The notes beneath the pieces were generated by a model, which was not told the origin of the DNA, made no database searches, and saw only the letters and a list, made by a program, of their open reading frames with translations. The translations under genes and the position numbers were made by a program. A DNA stretch of 64,000 nt. Source: a virus. This document shows positions 19,904-30,360 of the stretch, piece after piece (positions within the stretch are counted from its first letter, which is position 1; the number at the start of each line of letters is the position of its first letter). The stretch spans positions 6,895 through 70,894 of the IMG/VR virus record IMGVR_UViG_3300037308_000350. One strand, 5' to 3'.

Positions 19904-21244
19904 ATGAAAAAAAGTATATCTCATATAGTTAGGAAGCAGATAAAGCAAGAACTTAGGGAACAACAGGTTGTTCCTATAGTTTCTAAGCCAACTACAACTG
20001 CTCCTGCTCAAGAGACAACTCAATCACAAGGGATTGATAGCTCTAATAAATATTTGGCATCTTTTATTAGTGCTGTCCTTGGAAATAGAATTCTCACTGG
20101 ATACCGTGTAGTAAGAACAGAAGCTTGCACTGGTATGCAAGTATATTTACTTAATGGTTCAGCTTATTTTAATGTAGCCGAATACATTGAATTGACAGCA
20201 GGGATGTTTTTTGAAGTTCCAGTATATACCGATGACCAATGGGTATATATTTATTTAAAGAAAGACGGAACAATTTTAGCTAATAAATATTCTCCTATAA
20301 TTGGAGATAATAAAGAGTATATTCCTTTATCAATGATTTGGGTTGAAGCTGGCTCTACTGAAGTGAATCCAAAGTTTATTGTTGATTTAAGACCAAATAA
20401 AGTAGCCAGTTTAGCTGAACTTTATGGGATAAGAAGCCAACAAGCAGAAGTCTATAATATATTTCCTAATACTTTTGTAGGAACAGACAAAGTAGAATTA
20501 GCTCCTGTATCTGGGGAATTAAAAATTCACGTCATTCCTAATGATAGCGCTCTTGTGTATATGCAAGGGCATATAGTTATTCTTCCAGATTCAGAGTTAG
20601 ATTTAGTTAAGCCTTTATCTGGAAGTAAAGATTATTGGATTATTGCTCACGGTTATATTGATAATTTAGACTTAATTTATAAACTTCAATATATGCAAGT
20701 TGAAGTTGGAACAACAATAGAAAGATTCCAGATTGTTATAGGAAGAATAAATGGAGTTACTTCAGCTACAACAGAAATAACTTCAGGAATGATTGATGAT
20801 AGGATGCAAAGGAATTGTCAAAGAGCTCTTGAAGTTCCAACAGTTTTTATATTTAATAAAGAAGGTATTTTGACTGAAGATGTAGAGCTTGATATTGTAA
20901 AAATAGTTCCTGAAAAGATGAGAATTAAAAATATAAAAGCTTTTTTAAAATACTCTTATTGTGGTTCTGGATTATCAGAAAGTATAGTCATTGATATTTT
21001 AAAAAATGATGTATCTATATTTCAATTTGAAAGTGGAGTGGAGCATAGGTTAAATATTCCTATAACTATTCCAGATGGCTCAATTGTAGATAGTGGTGAT
21101 ATTGATTTAGATAAAATTTATTTAGAAGCTAATGATATTTTGAAAGCAAAGATAATATCTATACCATTTTATACTGGATATTTACCTGAAGACCTTGTTG
21201 TTGCTGTTGAATGTGTTGTAGATACCCAAAGACCTAACATTTAA
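19904..21244 (+). CDS. tail/baseplate structural protein
   Basis: ORF in tail module; C-terminal DILKNDVSIF..LEANDILKAKI beta domain. Confidence 0.5.
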   Translation: MKKSISHIVRKQIKQELREQQVVPIVSKPTTTAPAQETTQSQGIDSSNKYLASFISAVLGNRILTGYRVVRTEACTGMQVYLLNGSAYFNVAEYIELTAGMFFEVPVYTDDQWVYIYLKKDGTILANKYSPIIGDNKEYIPLSMIWVEAGSTEVNPKFIVDLRPNKVASLAELYGIRSQQAEVYNIFPNTFVGTDKVELAPVSGELKIHVIPNDSALVYMQGHIVILPDSELDLVKPLSGSKDYWIIAHGYIDNLDLIYKLQYMQVEVGTTIERFQIVIGRINGVTSATTEITSGMIDDRMQRNCQRALEVPTVFIFNKEGILTEDVELDIVKIVPEKMRIKNIKAFLKYSYCGSGLSESIVIDILKNDVSIFQFESGVEHRLNIPITIPDGSIVDSGDIDLDKIYLEANDILKAKIISIPFYTGYLPEDLVVAVECVVDTQRPNI

Positions 21245-21255
21245 GGAGAATAAAT

Positions 21256-21495
21256 ATGGCAAGACAATCCTCTCCCATAAGGCGTAGACCAGATGTATCT
21301 ACACACGATAATTTACATACATCTGAGAACCAATTTGGGGATATATGTAAGGTCATAGATACAGGTAATATCTATATTTGGTTAAGAGTTCAAAGCACTG
21401 GACTCGCTGACGATTGGACTATTTTCGTGAAACCTTCAGAAGATAGTAGTTATTATGACACAGTATTAGACTGTTTGATAGTAGAAAAAGACTAA
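21256..21495 (+). CDS. small tail-associated hypothetical protein
   Basis: GGAG RBS; C-terminal YYDTVLDCLIV resembles YDSDLGVILF of the next gene. Confidence 0.55.
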   Translation: MARQSSPIRRRPDVSTHDNLHTSENQFGDICKVIDTGNIYIWLRVQSTGLADDWTIFVKPSEDSSYYDTVLDCLIVEKD

Positions 21496-21512
21496 AAAAG
21501 GAGGACACTGTT

Positions 21513-22052
21513 ATGGCTAAGTATCGTGTTCCAGTATTAGAAAAGTTTCATTGGCAACAGCCTGTTTTGGATAATGATTTAACAGCACCGCCTTCAGCTC
21601 CCACAAAGGGCGATAGGTATCTCGTAGCAACTGGCGCTACTGGAGATTGGGCTACTCACGATGGTTCAATTGCGTGGTATGATGGTTCTGTTTGGAAGTT
21701 TGATGCTCCTACTGAGGGATGGTTTGTTTGGCTTTTGGATGAGAACAAATTATTCTATTATAGTGGTTCTGCTTGGGTAGAGTTTGCTCAGGGTGGAGAT
21801 ATGACTAAAGCTGTTTATGATACCGATAATGATGGTATCGTAGACAAAGCCGAAGCTATTGACGATGGCACTTATTCTGCTTCTGCTCAGAATATCGCTG
21901 ATGCGGTTACAAAGAGACATACTCAGAATACAGATGGTTACTTAGATTTTGGTGGAGCGAATCAGATTTCTGCTTCACAGGCTAAGGAAGCTTATGATAA
22001 AAGAGCGCAGTATGACTCAGATTTAGGTGTTATTTTGTTTGACAATCTTTAA
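21513..22052 (+). CDS. DUF2793-like tail protein
   Basis: DLTAPPSAPTKGDRYLV..GDWA..DGSIAWY..W.F..P.EG motif. Confidence 0.7.
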   Translation: MAKYRVPVLEKFHWQQPVLDNDLTAPPSAPTKGDRYLVATGATGDWATHDGSIAWYDGSVWKFDAPTEGWFVWLLDENKLFYYSGSAWVEFAQGGDMTKAVYDTDNDGIVDKAEAIDDGTYSASAQNIADAVTKRHTQNTDGYLDFGGANQISASQAKEAYDKRAQYDSDLGVILFDNL

Positions 22053-22064
22053 AAATTAATATAG

Positions 22065-22090
22065 CCTCCCCTCTGTAAAAGGAGGGGAGG
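22065..22090 (+). terminator. GC-rich hairpin between DUF2793 paralogs
   Basis: CCTCCCCTCT-gtaaaa-GGAGGGGAGG. Confidence 0.45.
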
Positions 22091-22114
22091 ATGTCTTCAT
22101 AAAAGGATATTAAA

Positions 22115-22849
22115 ATGACAAAAAGAGTATACGATTCAGACAAATTTAGTTTTCAATTCCCTGTAGAGGATAAAGACCTTTCTGCTCCTCCGTCAGCTCC
22201 TACAAAGGGAGACCGTTATATTGTTGGGTCTTCTGGAAGCGGAGCTTGGGCTTCTCAAGATAGTAATATTGCTGAGTGGTCTGGGAGTGCTTGGTTTTTT
22301 ATATCCAAGAAAGAAGGTATGATAGTTTACGTCAAAGACGAAGATAGTTTTTATTATTACGTTTCGTCTTGGACTATTCTTAGCTTAGGAGAAACCAGCG
22401 ATTATTATCTACAGGAATTTGATGTTGATGATTTGTCTGGAGGAATACTCAACATAACCCATAATTTAAATAGCAAGTATTGTTCTGTAGCGGTTTATAA
22501 TAATAGCGATAAATTAATTCAGCCTGATGAAACAACTGCTTCTACAAACAATAACTTAACAATAGATATTCATAGCTATGGCTCTATTACTGGAACTTGG
22601 AGAGCTTTAGTATTAGCCAAAGTTAGTTCATCTGCAAGAGTAAGCTTTACAAATGCAAACTTGTCAAGTGGTATACTAACAGTAAATCATAACTTAGGAC
22701 AGAAGTATGCTATTGTCCAAGTTTTTGATAACAATGACAAACAAATACTTCCTGATTATATAACCTTAGTTACATCTAATCAATGCACAATAGATTTAAC
22801 TTCTTTTGGAACTATAAGCGGAACTTGGAGCGTAGTAGTTTTAGTATAA
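22115..22849 (+). CDS. second DUF2793-like protein with duplicated C-terminal beta repeat
   Basis: DLSAPPSAPTKGDRYIV; two copies of GIL.(I/V).HNL..KY..V.V(Y/F)..DK.I.PD..GTW. Confidence 0.7.
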   Translation: MTKRVYDSDKFSFQFPVEDKDLSAPPSAPTKGDRYIVGSSGSGAWASQDSNIAEWSGSAWFFISKKEGMIVYVKDEDSFYYYVSSWTILSLGETSDYYLQEFDVDDLSGGILNITHNLNSKYCSVAVYNNSDKLIQPDETTASTNNNLTIDIHSYGSITGTWRALVLAKVSSSARVSFTNANLSSGILTVNHNLGQKYAIVQVFDNNDKQILPDYITLVTSNQCTIDLTSFGTISGTWSVVVLV

Positions 22850-22858
22850 GGAGATAAA

Positions 22859-24697
22859 ATGGATTACGGAGATGTAAGAGTTTTAGGCGATTTAAAAGCA
22901 GGGGTCTTTCAAAAGATTTTTGATAGATATATTACTCCCTGTGATGATTCTTATACCAAACTTCTTATGCACTTTAATGGAAGTGATGGAGCTACTTCTT
23001 TTAAAGACGCTTCAGGAACTAATAAAGTTATTACCGCAAGCGGTGGCGCTCAAATAAGTCAAGTAAACGGTTCAGGATACTTTGACGGAAACAGTGATTA
23101 TTTATCTTTAGCTGATTCAGACGACTGGAATTTTAGTAATGGTAATTTTACAATAGAATGTTGGATAAGATTAAACAATATAAGCAATACTCAATATATT
23201 TTTTCTCACGAAACTAACGCTTTAAATAGATGGACTTTATATTATACAAGTGGAGGATTTGCCTTTACAGAAGTTATTTCTGGAACACCAACAGTTATTG
23301 TTTCAGCTACATATTCACCAACAATAAATACTTGGTATCATATAGCTGTAGTAAGAAATGGAACAGATTGGAGAATATATATAAATGGAAGTTCTGTTGG
23401 AAATTCTACTTTGAGTAGGACTTTAGGAGATTTTGGTTTATTATACATTGGAGCGTATTGGACTAATTCAAGTAATTATTTTGATGGTTATCTTGACGAG
23501 CTAAGGATTTCTAAAGGAATAGCCAGATGGACAAGTAATTTTACACCACAAACCACCAGATATGAAAAAGATTCATATACTAAGTTATTAATATCTTTTG
23601 ATGGTAGAGATTCCTCTACCTCCATCTATGATGATACAGGTAAAGCAATAACCGCTTACGGAACAGCCCAGATTGATACAGCGCAATACAAAGTAGATGG
23701 GCAGAAGTTTGGTAATGCTGGCTTTTTTGATGGCTCAGGAGATTATTTAACTTTAACAGATTCCGCAGATTATACTTTTGGTAGTGGAGATTTTACTATA
23801 GATTGTTGGGTTAAACTAAATACATTAGGCTCAGAACAATACTTTCATCAACAATATACCGATGGAAATAATAGATTAGAATGGGGATTTAGTAATTCTT
23901 TAGGATTATTTTGTATCTTTAGGTCAAGCGGAACTGTTTATGTTTATATATACCAAAATAATACAACAGGTTGGGTTGCTGGAAAATGGCATCACGTTGC
24001 TTTTATTAGAAGTGGAAATAATTGGAATTTATACTTAGATGGAACTTCAGTTGCTTCTACTACAAGTTCTCAATCGGTAAATGATTTTTCTACTCATATT
24101 GTTGGTTCATATATGGGGTCAAGTAGTTATCTTAATGGATGGATAGATGAATTCAGAGTTTTAAAAGGTAGGGCAAAATGGACTTCAAACTTCACTTCTC
24201 CAACAACTCAATCTGTAGGAGACGATATAGAAACAAGTATTGCAATATCAGGTTTAGATGGAGATACAGATAAAATTTATTTAATTAGTATAGAATTAGT
24301 TAATTCCTATAATGGCTCTATTAATTATTATCTCAAGCCTAATAATGATGGAAGCGCTGTTTATGGGTTTAATAGAATTTATGGTTCAAATGCTTCAGCA
24401 GGTTCAAGTAAATCTACAGGACTTACTGTAGGATTTCAATTAGAATCTTTATCCGCTATGGGAAGAGTTGCTTTGATAAAAAATTTATTATACGCAAAAA
24501 GTGGTTATCTTAGAACAATGTTTACTAATGGAAATGATGATATAACTGGAACTACTATAACCAGTGTTCATTTATTTGGTCAATCTTACAATAATACAGG
24601 AACAAATATTACCTCTTTAGTTATTTATGGAGACCAAAATACAGGGATAGGACAAGGAAGTAGGATAGAAATATATCGCAGATTAAACGCTTCGTAA
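22859..24697 (+). CDS. tail fibre/receptor-binding protein with 2 LamG (ConA-like) domains
   Basis: GNFTIECW, WYHIAVVR, DE(L/F)R(I/V) motifs twice. Confidence 0.8.
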   Translation: MDYGDVRVLGDLKAGVFQKIFDRYITPCDDSYTKLLMHFNGSDGATSFKDASGTNKVITASGGAQISQVNGSGYFDGNSDYLSLADSDDWNFSNGNFTIECWIRLNNISNTQYIFSHETNALNRWTLYYTSGGFAFTEVISGTPTVIVSATYSPTINTWYHIAVVRNGTDWRIYINGSSVGNSTLSRTLGDFGLLYIGAYWTNSSNYFDGYLDELRISKGIARWTSNFTPQTTRYEKDSYTKLLISFDGRDSSTSIYDDTGKAITAYGTAQIDTAQYKVDGQKFGNAGFFDGSGDYLTLTDSADYTFGSGDFTIDCWVKLNTLGSEQYFHQQYTDGNNRLEWGFSNSLGLFCIFRSSGTVYVYIYQNNTTGWVAGKWHHVAFIRSGNNWNLYLDGTSVASTTSSQSVNDFSTHIVGSYMGSSSYLNGWIDEFRVLKGRAKWTSNFTSPTTQSVGDDIETSIAISGLDGDTDKIYLISIELVNSYNGSINYYLKPNNDGSAVYGFNRIYGSNASAGSSKSTGLTVGFQLESLSAMGRVALIKNLLYAKSGYLRTMFTNGNDDITGTTITSVHLFGQSYNNTGTNITSLVIYGDQNTGIGQGSRIEIYRRLNAS

Positions 24698-24708
24698 GGG
24701 AGATTAAA

Positions 24709-27700
24709 ATGAGAGCTGGAGAAATAACAATAAAAGACATCTTATACGCTGGAACAGGGCAATTGATTTATGAAAAGTATCTACAGCCAGCAGACCAATA
24801 CACTAAACTACTTCTTCACGGAGAGGGAGATGTTGAGTCTACTAATGTAAAAGACGCTTCTGGGAATAATAAAATAGTAACCGTCAATGGGGATGCCAGA
24901 ATTTCTTCTCATTCCAAAAAGTTTGATATAGATGGTAAGTTTGGAACAGGAGTAAGGTTTAATGGTAAAAATTCTTATCTTTCTTCGCCAGATTCAACAG
25001 ACTGGTCTTTTGGAACAGGTGATTTTACAATTGATTTTTGGATTAATTTTGATTCCTTTACAATGCCTGATAGTTATTTTTATTTATTAGGACAAAATGC
25101 TGACTCTAATAATTATTGGATAGTTTTTATGGATTCTTCTAAAAAATTGGAAATTTATTTTAAATCAGGTGGAGTAATTAAGGGATTTTATGCTACAGGA
25201 AGTCTAACTTTATCTGTCAATACTTGGTATCATTTTTCTTTAGAGCGTTATGGAACAACTTGTAAAATATTTGTAGATGGAGTAAGTCAATCAGTTACAG
25301 AAAATAACGCCTTTAGCACAAATGATGTCGGTGATATTTCTGCTGTATTAACGATAGGACAATTTGCGTCTTCTGGTTATTTTAATGGTTATATAGATGA
25401 ACTCCGAATCTCTAAAGGTATAGCCAGATGGATAAATAATTTTACTCCAGAGACTTCTGAGTATGGAAAAATGGATTCATATACTAAATGTCTTTTTCAT
25501 TTTGATGAAATAGATGGCTCAACAACAATTAATGAGGCTTCTTCAGGTAAAACAGTAACCGTAAATGGAAATGCTAAAGTAAGTCAGGTAGCTGGTTCTT
25601 TACTATTAGATGGAGATTCAGACTATATTTCTTTAGCTGATTCCGATGACTGGTATTTCGGAACTGGAGATTTTACTATAGATTGTTGGGTAAGGTTTAA
25701 TTCTTTACCAGCAGAGTCTCAAATAATTATTATGCAAGAAGAAGATTCAAATAATAGATGGTATATATATAGAACATCTACAAATACTCTTAGAGTTGTA
25801 TTTAAAAGTGGTGGAGTTCAAAAAGCAGAATATTATACAGGAATTTTATCTTTATCTACTGGAGTATGGTATCACATAGCAGTAGTAAGAAACGGAACTT
25901 CTATACTTATATTTTTAGATGGAATATCCCAAACACTTACAGAAGCTACAGCAATAAGCACCAATGATGTTGGAAATATTAATGGACTATTATATATAGG
26001 TAGATATGGACTTACAAGTAATTATTATTTTAACGGATGGATAGATGAACTCCGAATCTCTAAAGGTATAGCTCGCTGGACAAGCAATTTTACTCCTCCA
26101 ACAAGTATATACTCAACCGATTCCTATACTAAGTGTTTATTACATTTTGATGGAGCATATGGATGGACAACAATAACCGAAGACTCAGGTAAAACAGTAA
26201 CCGTAGCAGGAACAGCTCAATTAGATACTGCTCAATATAAATTTACTTTAATAGATTATCAAAAATTTGGAAGAAATGCTTGTGCTTTTGATGGTAGCGG
26301 TGATTATCTTAGTTTAGATGATAGTGATGATTGGTATTTCGGCACAGGAGACTTTACCATAGATTTCTGGATAAAATGGAACAATAAAAGTGGTTCACAA
26401 TGGATTTATTCTCAAAGACCTGATGGAAGTAATAGGGTGGATATATATTCTGATGGGTCTTCTCTACATTTTACCTCTTATAATGGTGGAGTGGCTTTAG
26501 CTAATTATAATTTTTCTTTTAACCCAATAAATCATACTTGGTATCATATAGCAGTAGTGAGGAGTGGAAGTAATTTTTATATTTTTAAAGATGGAGTATC
26601 TCAAACTTTAAATGTTTCTCAGGCTATAGGAACTAATTCTTTGCCAAACTTAGCAAATATTTTAACTATAGGTAAACCTTCAAACGTAGCAGATTATTAT
26701 TTTAAGGGTTGGTTAGATGAATTTAGAGTCTCCAAAGGCATAGCCAGATGGACAAGTAATTTCTCAGTAGCTACTAAGCCTTATTATGATGATTATATGG
26801 ATAAGTTACTTCTTCATTTTAATGGTGGTTTATTAAATGATGTTTCTTTTTCGCCTCCTAATAGAGTAACCGTAAATAATAAATGTGATTTAGTTGGAAA
26901 TGCTTGTAAATTTGATACGAGTAAGTATATTACTGCGCCAGATAACGCAGATTGGTCTTTTGGAACAGGAGACTTCACTATTGAAACGTGGATTAATTTT
27001 ACATCTTTATCTGGAACTCAGTTTATTGCTTGCCAATACGCTGATGCAAATAATAGATGGTATATTTTAAAAGATACTCCTGCAAATGGAAATAAAATAG
27101 AATTTGATTTTTGGACAGGTGGAGTAAATAAAGGGCACTACATTATGTCAAGCGCTTGGAGCGCTCAAATAAACACTTGGTATCATATAGCTATTGTCCG
27201 TTATGGAGCTACAGCTAAATTATTTATAAATGGTGTTTCTCAAACACTTACAGAAACTTTAGCTTTTAGCTCCAATGACGTAGGAGACGTATCTTCTGTT
27301 TTATACATTGGTTATTATAATGGAGGTTATTATGCTCTTGGTTATATGGATGAGTATAGAATATCCAAAGGAATAGCGAGATATACCTCTAACTTTACAC
27401 CATCAACTATTCCCTTTACTTATGATTCTTATACTAAATTATTACTTCATTTTGACGACAACTATAATGATGCAGGAAATACAGGACACACTATTACCAA
27501 TTATAAAACTATGTTCGGAGCAAATAAAATAGATTCTGGATGTATTGCTTTTGATGGAACAGGAGATTATTTATCTCTTGCTGATAGTGAGGATTGGGAT
27601 TTTGGAGGAGACTTAACTATAGAGTGTTGGGCTAAAATAGATGCAATTCAAAGTGCTAACAATTCTCCTATAATTGGAAATAGTAATAATGGAGCTAACC

Positions 27701-29109
27701 CTATAGGTTGGTATATGTTTTTTAGTTCTTCTGGAGGTAGCACTTATGGCGGTTGCGGAGTTAGATTTTATGTAGCTACTTCTGCTGGTTCGTGGGCTAT
27801 TCAATTAGATACCGATAATTGGATTATACAACAGGGTGTCTGGTATCATATTGCTGTAGTAAGAAACGGTTCTGCTTGGACTATGTATATTAATGGGCAA
27901 GTAAAAGCCACAACCACTTCATCTGCTTCTATTACGTCATCTGGAGCTTTATATTTAGGTTACGAATCTACCGCAGGATTAGTTTTAAATGGCTGTGTAG
28001 ACGAAGTTAGAATAAGTAAAGGAGTAGCAAGATATACTTCAGAATTCACTCCTTCAATCACAGCGTTTACTGGAGATGACCCATTAACTTCGTTATCTAT
28101 AACTGGATTAAATGGAGACGAAGATGAAGAATATAAGCTTATAATTAGACAAATAGGTGGAAGTAGCGTAGAATCTTACTTATATCTTTTTCCAAATGGA
28201 GAAATATTAAATACTAAAGGGTTACAACAATTATATGGAACAAATACTACAGTAACAGCGTGGAGAGGTTTATCTTCAATTTGGTATTTAACAGGAGCTT
28301 CTGGTTGTGATAGGGGAAACATATCTTTTATAGATAGTAATATTTTGGCTAAAAAAGGAGCTATTAGAAAAGGACTTAGCCAAAGTGTTGAAGATATAAA
28401 TGGAACAACAATTCAATCTATAAATTTACAAGCCCAATGCTGGAATAATTTAGTAGATAATTTAACTTCGTTAACTATAACAGCTTCACAAACTAATGGA
28501 ATAGGAACAGGCTCTCATATATTAATTTTTGTTCGTAGAAAGAACGGATTAGATGCCTTAACAGGGTTTAGAACAGGAGATTTAGAAGTAAAAGGCAAAC
28601 TAAACGCTGGTGTAATGCAAAAAATATATGAACTTGATGTAACCACAGCTCAAACCTCAGTAACTATAAGTAATCTTGATGGAGATACAGATACTATTTA
28701 TTTAATAAAAATATATCAAACAAATCTTTCTACAGGAGATTTATATATAAGATTAAATAATGATTCAACATCAGGAATATATGGTATGCAGAGACTTGTT
28801 GGTAGTGGTGGAGGAATAACTGCCTCAAGAGGAACATTAGCCCATATAGCAACATCTTGGTGCGATACTTCTGGTTATTCAGGAGCATCTCAACTCATCA
28901 TATATGCAAAAAAGGGGTTTAATAGAACTGTTATACAGAATTCTATGGGAAATATCAATGGAACTGATGTAGGAGGTTTAGTTTTTAGAGGAGATGTTTG
29001 GAACAATGCAGTTGATAACATAACTTCTTTAGTTTTACTTTCCTTAACAACAAATGGAATTGGAGTAGGAACTCATATAGAAGTTTATGCTTTAAGAAGA
29101 AAAATTTAA
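24709..29109 (+). CDS. tail fibre/receptor-binding protein with 5 LamG domains and two C-terminal fibre units
   Basis: Five FTI..W / WYHIA / DExRISKG motif sets. Confidence 0.8.
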   Translation: MRAGEITIKDILYAGTGQLIYEKYLQPADQYTKLLLHGEGDVESTNVKDASGNNKIVTVNGDARISSHSKKFDIDGKFGTGVRFNGKNSYLSSPDSTDWSFGTGDFTIDFWINFDSFTMPDSYFYLLGQNADSNNYWIVFMDSSKKLEIYFKSGGVIKGFYATGSLTLSVNTWYHFSLERYGTTCKIFVDGVSQSVTENNAFSTNDVGDISAVLTIGQFASSGYFNGYIDELRISKGIARWINNFTPETSEYGKMDSYTKCLFHFDEIDGSTTINEASSGKTVTVNGNAKVSQVAGSLLLDGDSDYISLADSDDWYFGTGDFTIDCWVRFNSLPAESQIIIMQEEDSNNRWYIYRTSTNTLRVVFKSGGVQKAEYYTGILSLSTGVWYHIAVVRNGTSILIFLDGISQTLTEATAISTNDVGNINGLLYIGRYGLTSNYYFNGWIDELRISKGIARWTSNFTPPTSIYSTDSYTKCLLHFDGAYGWTTITEDSGKTVTVAGTAQLDTAQYKFTLIDYQKFGRNACAFDGSGDYLSLDDSDDWYFGTGDFTIDFWIKWNNKSGSQWIYSQRPDGSNRVDIYSDGSSLHFTSYNGGVALANYNFSFNPINHTWYHIAVVRSGSNFYIFKDGVSQTLNVSQAIGTNSLPNLANILTIGKPSNVADYYFKGWLDEFRVSKGIARWTSNFSVATKPYYDDYMDKLLLHFNGGLLNDVSFSPPNRVTVNNKCDLVGNACKFDTSKYITAPDNADWSFGTGDFTIETWINFTSLSGTQFIACQYADANNRWYILKDTPANGNKIEFDFWTGGVNKGHYIMSSAWSAQINTWYHIAIVRYGATAKLFINGVSQTLTETLAFSSNDVGDVSSVLYIGYYNGGYYALGYMDEYRISKGIARYTSNFTPSTIPFTYDSYTKLLLHFDDNYNDAGNTGHTITNYKTMFGANKIDSGCIAFDGTGDYLSLADSEDWDFGGDLTIECWAKIDAIQSANNSPIIGNSNNGANPIGWYMFFSSSGGSTYGGCGVRFYVATSAGSWAIQLDTDNWIIQQGVWYHIAVVRNGSAWTMYINGQVKATTTSSASITSSGALYLGYESTAGLVLNGCVDEVRISKGVARYTSEFTPSITAFTGDDPLTSLSITGLNGDEDEEYKLIIRQIGGSSVESYLYLFPNGEILNTKGLQQLYGTNTTVTAWRGLSSIWYLTGASGCDRGNISFIDSNILAKKGAIRKGLSQSVEDINGTTIQSINLQAQCWNNLVDNLTSLTITASQTNGIGTGSHILIFVRRKNGLDALTGFRTGDLEVKGKLNAGVMQKIYELDVTTAQTSVTISNLDGDTDTIYLIKIYQTNLSTGDLYIRLNNDSTSGIYGMQRLVGSGGGITASRGTLAHIATSWCDTSGYSGASQLIIYAKKGFNRTVIQNSMGNINGTDVGGLVFRGDVWNNAVDNITSLVLLSLTTNGIGVGTHIEVYALRRKI
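25393..26072 (+). repeat. 32-nt identical direct repeat at LamG domain ends (25393-25424 and 26041-26072)
   Basis: ATAGATGAACTCCGAATCTCTAAAGGTATAGC read at both positions. Confidence 0.8.
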
Positions 29110-29118
29110 GGAGGAAAT

Positions 29119-29511
29119 ATGGCTACTAAACAATTGGATATTTTTGGAGATGGGCAGAATATAGTTGAAGTAGAAGTAACTTCTGATGGTAAAATAGTTT
29201 TAAATAGTTTACCGAAAGTGGTAGACAGAGCTTGTGGTTGTAGGTTTATTTTGATGTCTTTAGTTAATGATAAATATCCCTCCTATAGCCAAGAGAGTGT
29301 ATGTAGTTCTTGTTCAGATGCTAATTTGGTTGCTATTACAGCTAAGAAAACCTCAAGGAAAGCTGAGTTAGAAAATCAAATAGTTTCGCTTTCTATTAGA
29401 AAAAAAGAAGCTAATACTTTAGGGTTTGTTTCTTTAGAGGCTTCCTTAGATGACGAAATTACTACTCTTCAACAGGAACTTGATATTTTAAACTACGATT
29501 TAGGTGGCTAA
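29119..29511 (+). CDS. hypothetical protein (Cys pairs, C-terminal coiled coil)
   Basis: GGAGG RBS; CGC and CSSC motifs. Confidence 0.6.
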   Translation: MATKQLDIFGDGQNIVEVEVTSDGKIVLNSLPKVVDRACGCRFILMSLVNDKYPSYSQESVCSSCSDANLVAITAKKTSRKAELENQIVSLSIRKKEANTLGFVSLEASLDDEITTLQQELDILNYDLGG

Positions 29512-29923
29512 AATGGTAGACCCAAAAACATCTATCTTATTAAAGGAAATAACCAAAGAACTCAAACTGGATAAAGAGTGGGTTATTAATTTGGTTCAGG
29601 TGGAGGATAATACTTTATTCCAATTGAAGGAGGATAGAGGGGATTTTACTGTTGTAGATGCCTATGCCATTACTTATATTCTCCCACGTTCCAAGATAGC
29701 GGAAATTTATTTATTTCCTAATAAAGATGACATTAGGGCTCTTTTAGTCCACGAATTACTTCATATTAAGCTCTCTGAGGGCATTTATCAAGCAATTGTA
29801 GATATAGAGCTTAATTCTAATTTAAGCTCCGTAGAGGCAAGAAAACGTCATAATGAGCTCAGAATTGAGGAGCACAGGGTAATTGATTATTTATCTAAGC
29901 AATATCTCTTAAATAACTCGTAA
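29504..29923 (+). CDS. HExxH zincin-like metallopeptidase
   Basis: LLVHELLHI with downstream EEH. Confidence 0.55.
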   Translation: MAKMVDPKTSILLKEITKELKLDKEWVINLVQVEDNTLFQLKEDRGDFTVVDAYAITYILPRSKIAEIYLFPNKDDIRALLVHELLHIKLSEGIYQAIVDIELNSNLSSVEARKRHNELRIEEHRVIDYLSKQYLLNNS

Positions 29924-30360
29924 GCTTTAGGGTGAGTTGGTAGGAAAGGAGGCTGAAATATTAAGGTATATTTTAGACCTTCTTTTTCTATTTTAATAGG
30001 GTATATAGGCGCTTGCGCAAATAAAGCCATCCTTGCAAAGCCATCATAATAACTTTCTCCAGAATTCTTTGTTAACATCCCTTCAGGAAATATTAATACA
30101 GGGCAATCTCCCCTCTTAAGGATTCTTGTAGCCCTCAGAGTATCAATTGTATGGGTTCTTAATAACTTAATTCCTAATGCCTTAGCAGGAAGCCACACTT
30201 TAGGATAAGCCCAATCTCCAGTAATAATGGCTGGCTTCACAGGTAATACTTTGTGGATAACAAATCCATCCAAGAATGAAGGATGATTAGCAACTATTAA
30301 TGATTTTTTAGGAGGATAATCAAAACATTTATGAACAACAGTGATTTTAATAATTCCCAT
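29887..30360 (-). CDS. PlsC-like lysophospholipid acyltransferase
   Basis: VANHPSFLD (HxxxxD) and IFPEG motifs, APIYPI. Confidence 0.85.
   Translation of the reverse strand: MGIIKITVVHKCFDYPPKKSLIVANHPSFLDGFVIHKVLPVKPAIITGDWAYPKVWLPAKALGIKLLRTHTIDTLRATRILKRGDCPVLIFPEGMLTKNSGESYYDGFARMALFAQAPIYPIKIEKEGLKYTLIFQPPFLPTHPKAYELFKRYCLDK

Noticed and set aside
22859-29109. Diversity-generating retroelement suggested by repeats in fibre genes
   Set aside because: The repeats are in-frame domain duplications. I saw no long template/variable pair with adenine-only mismatches and no reverse transcriptase in the window.
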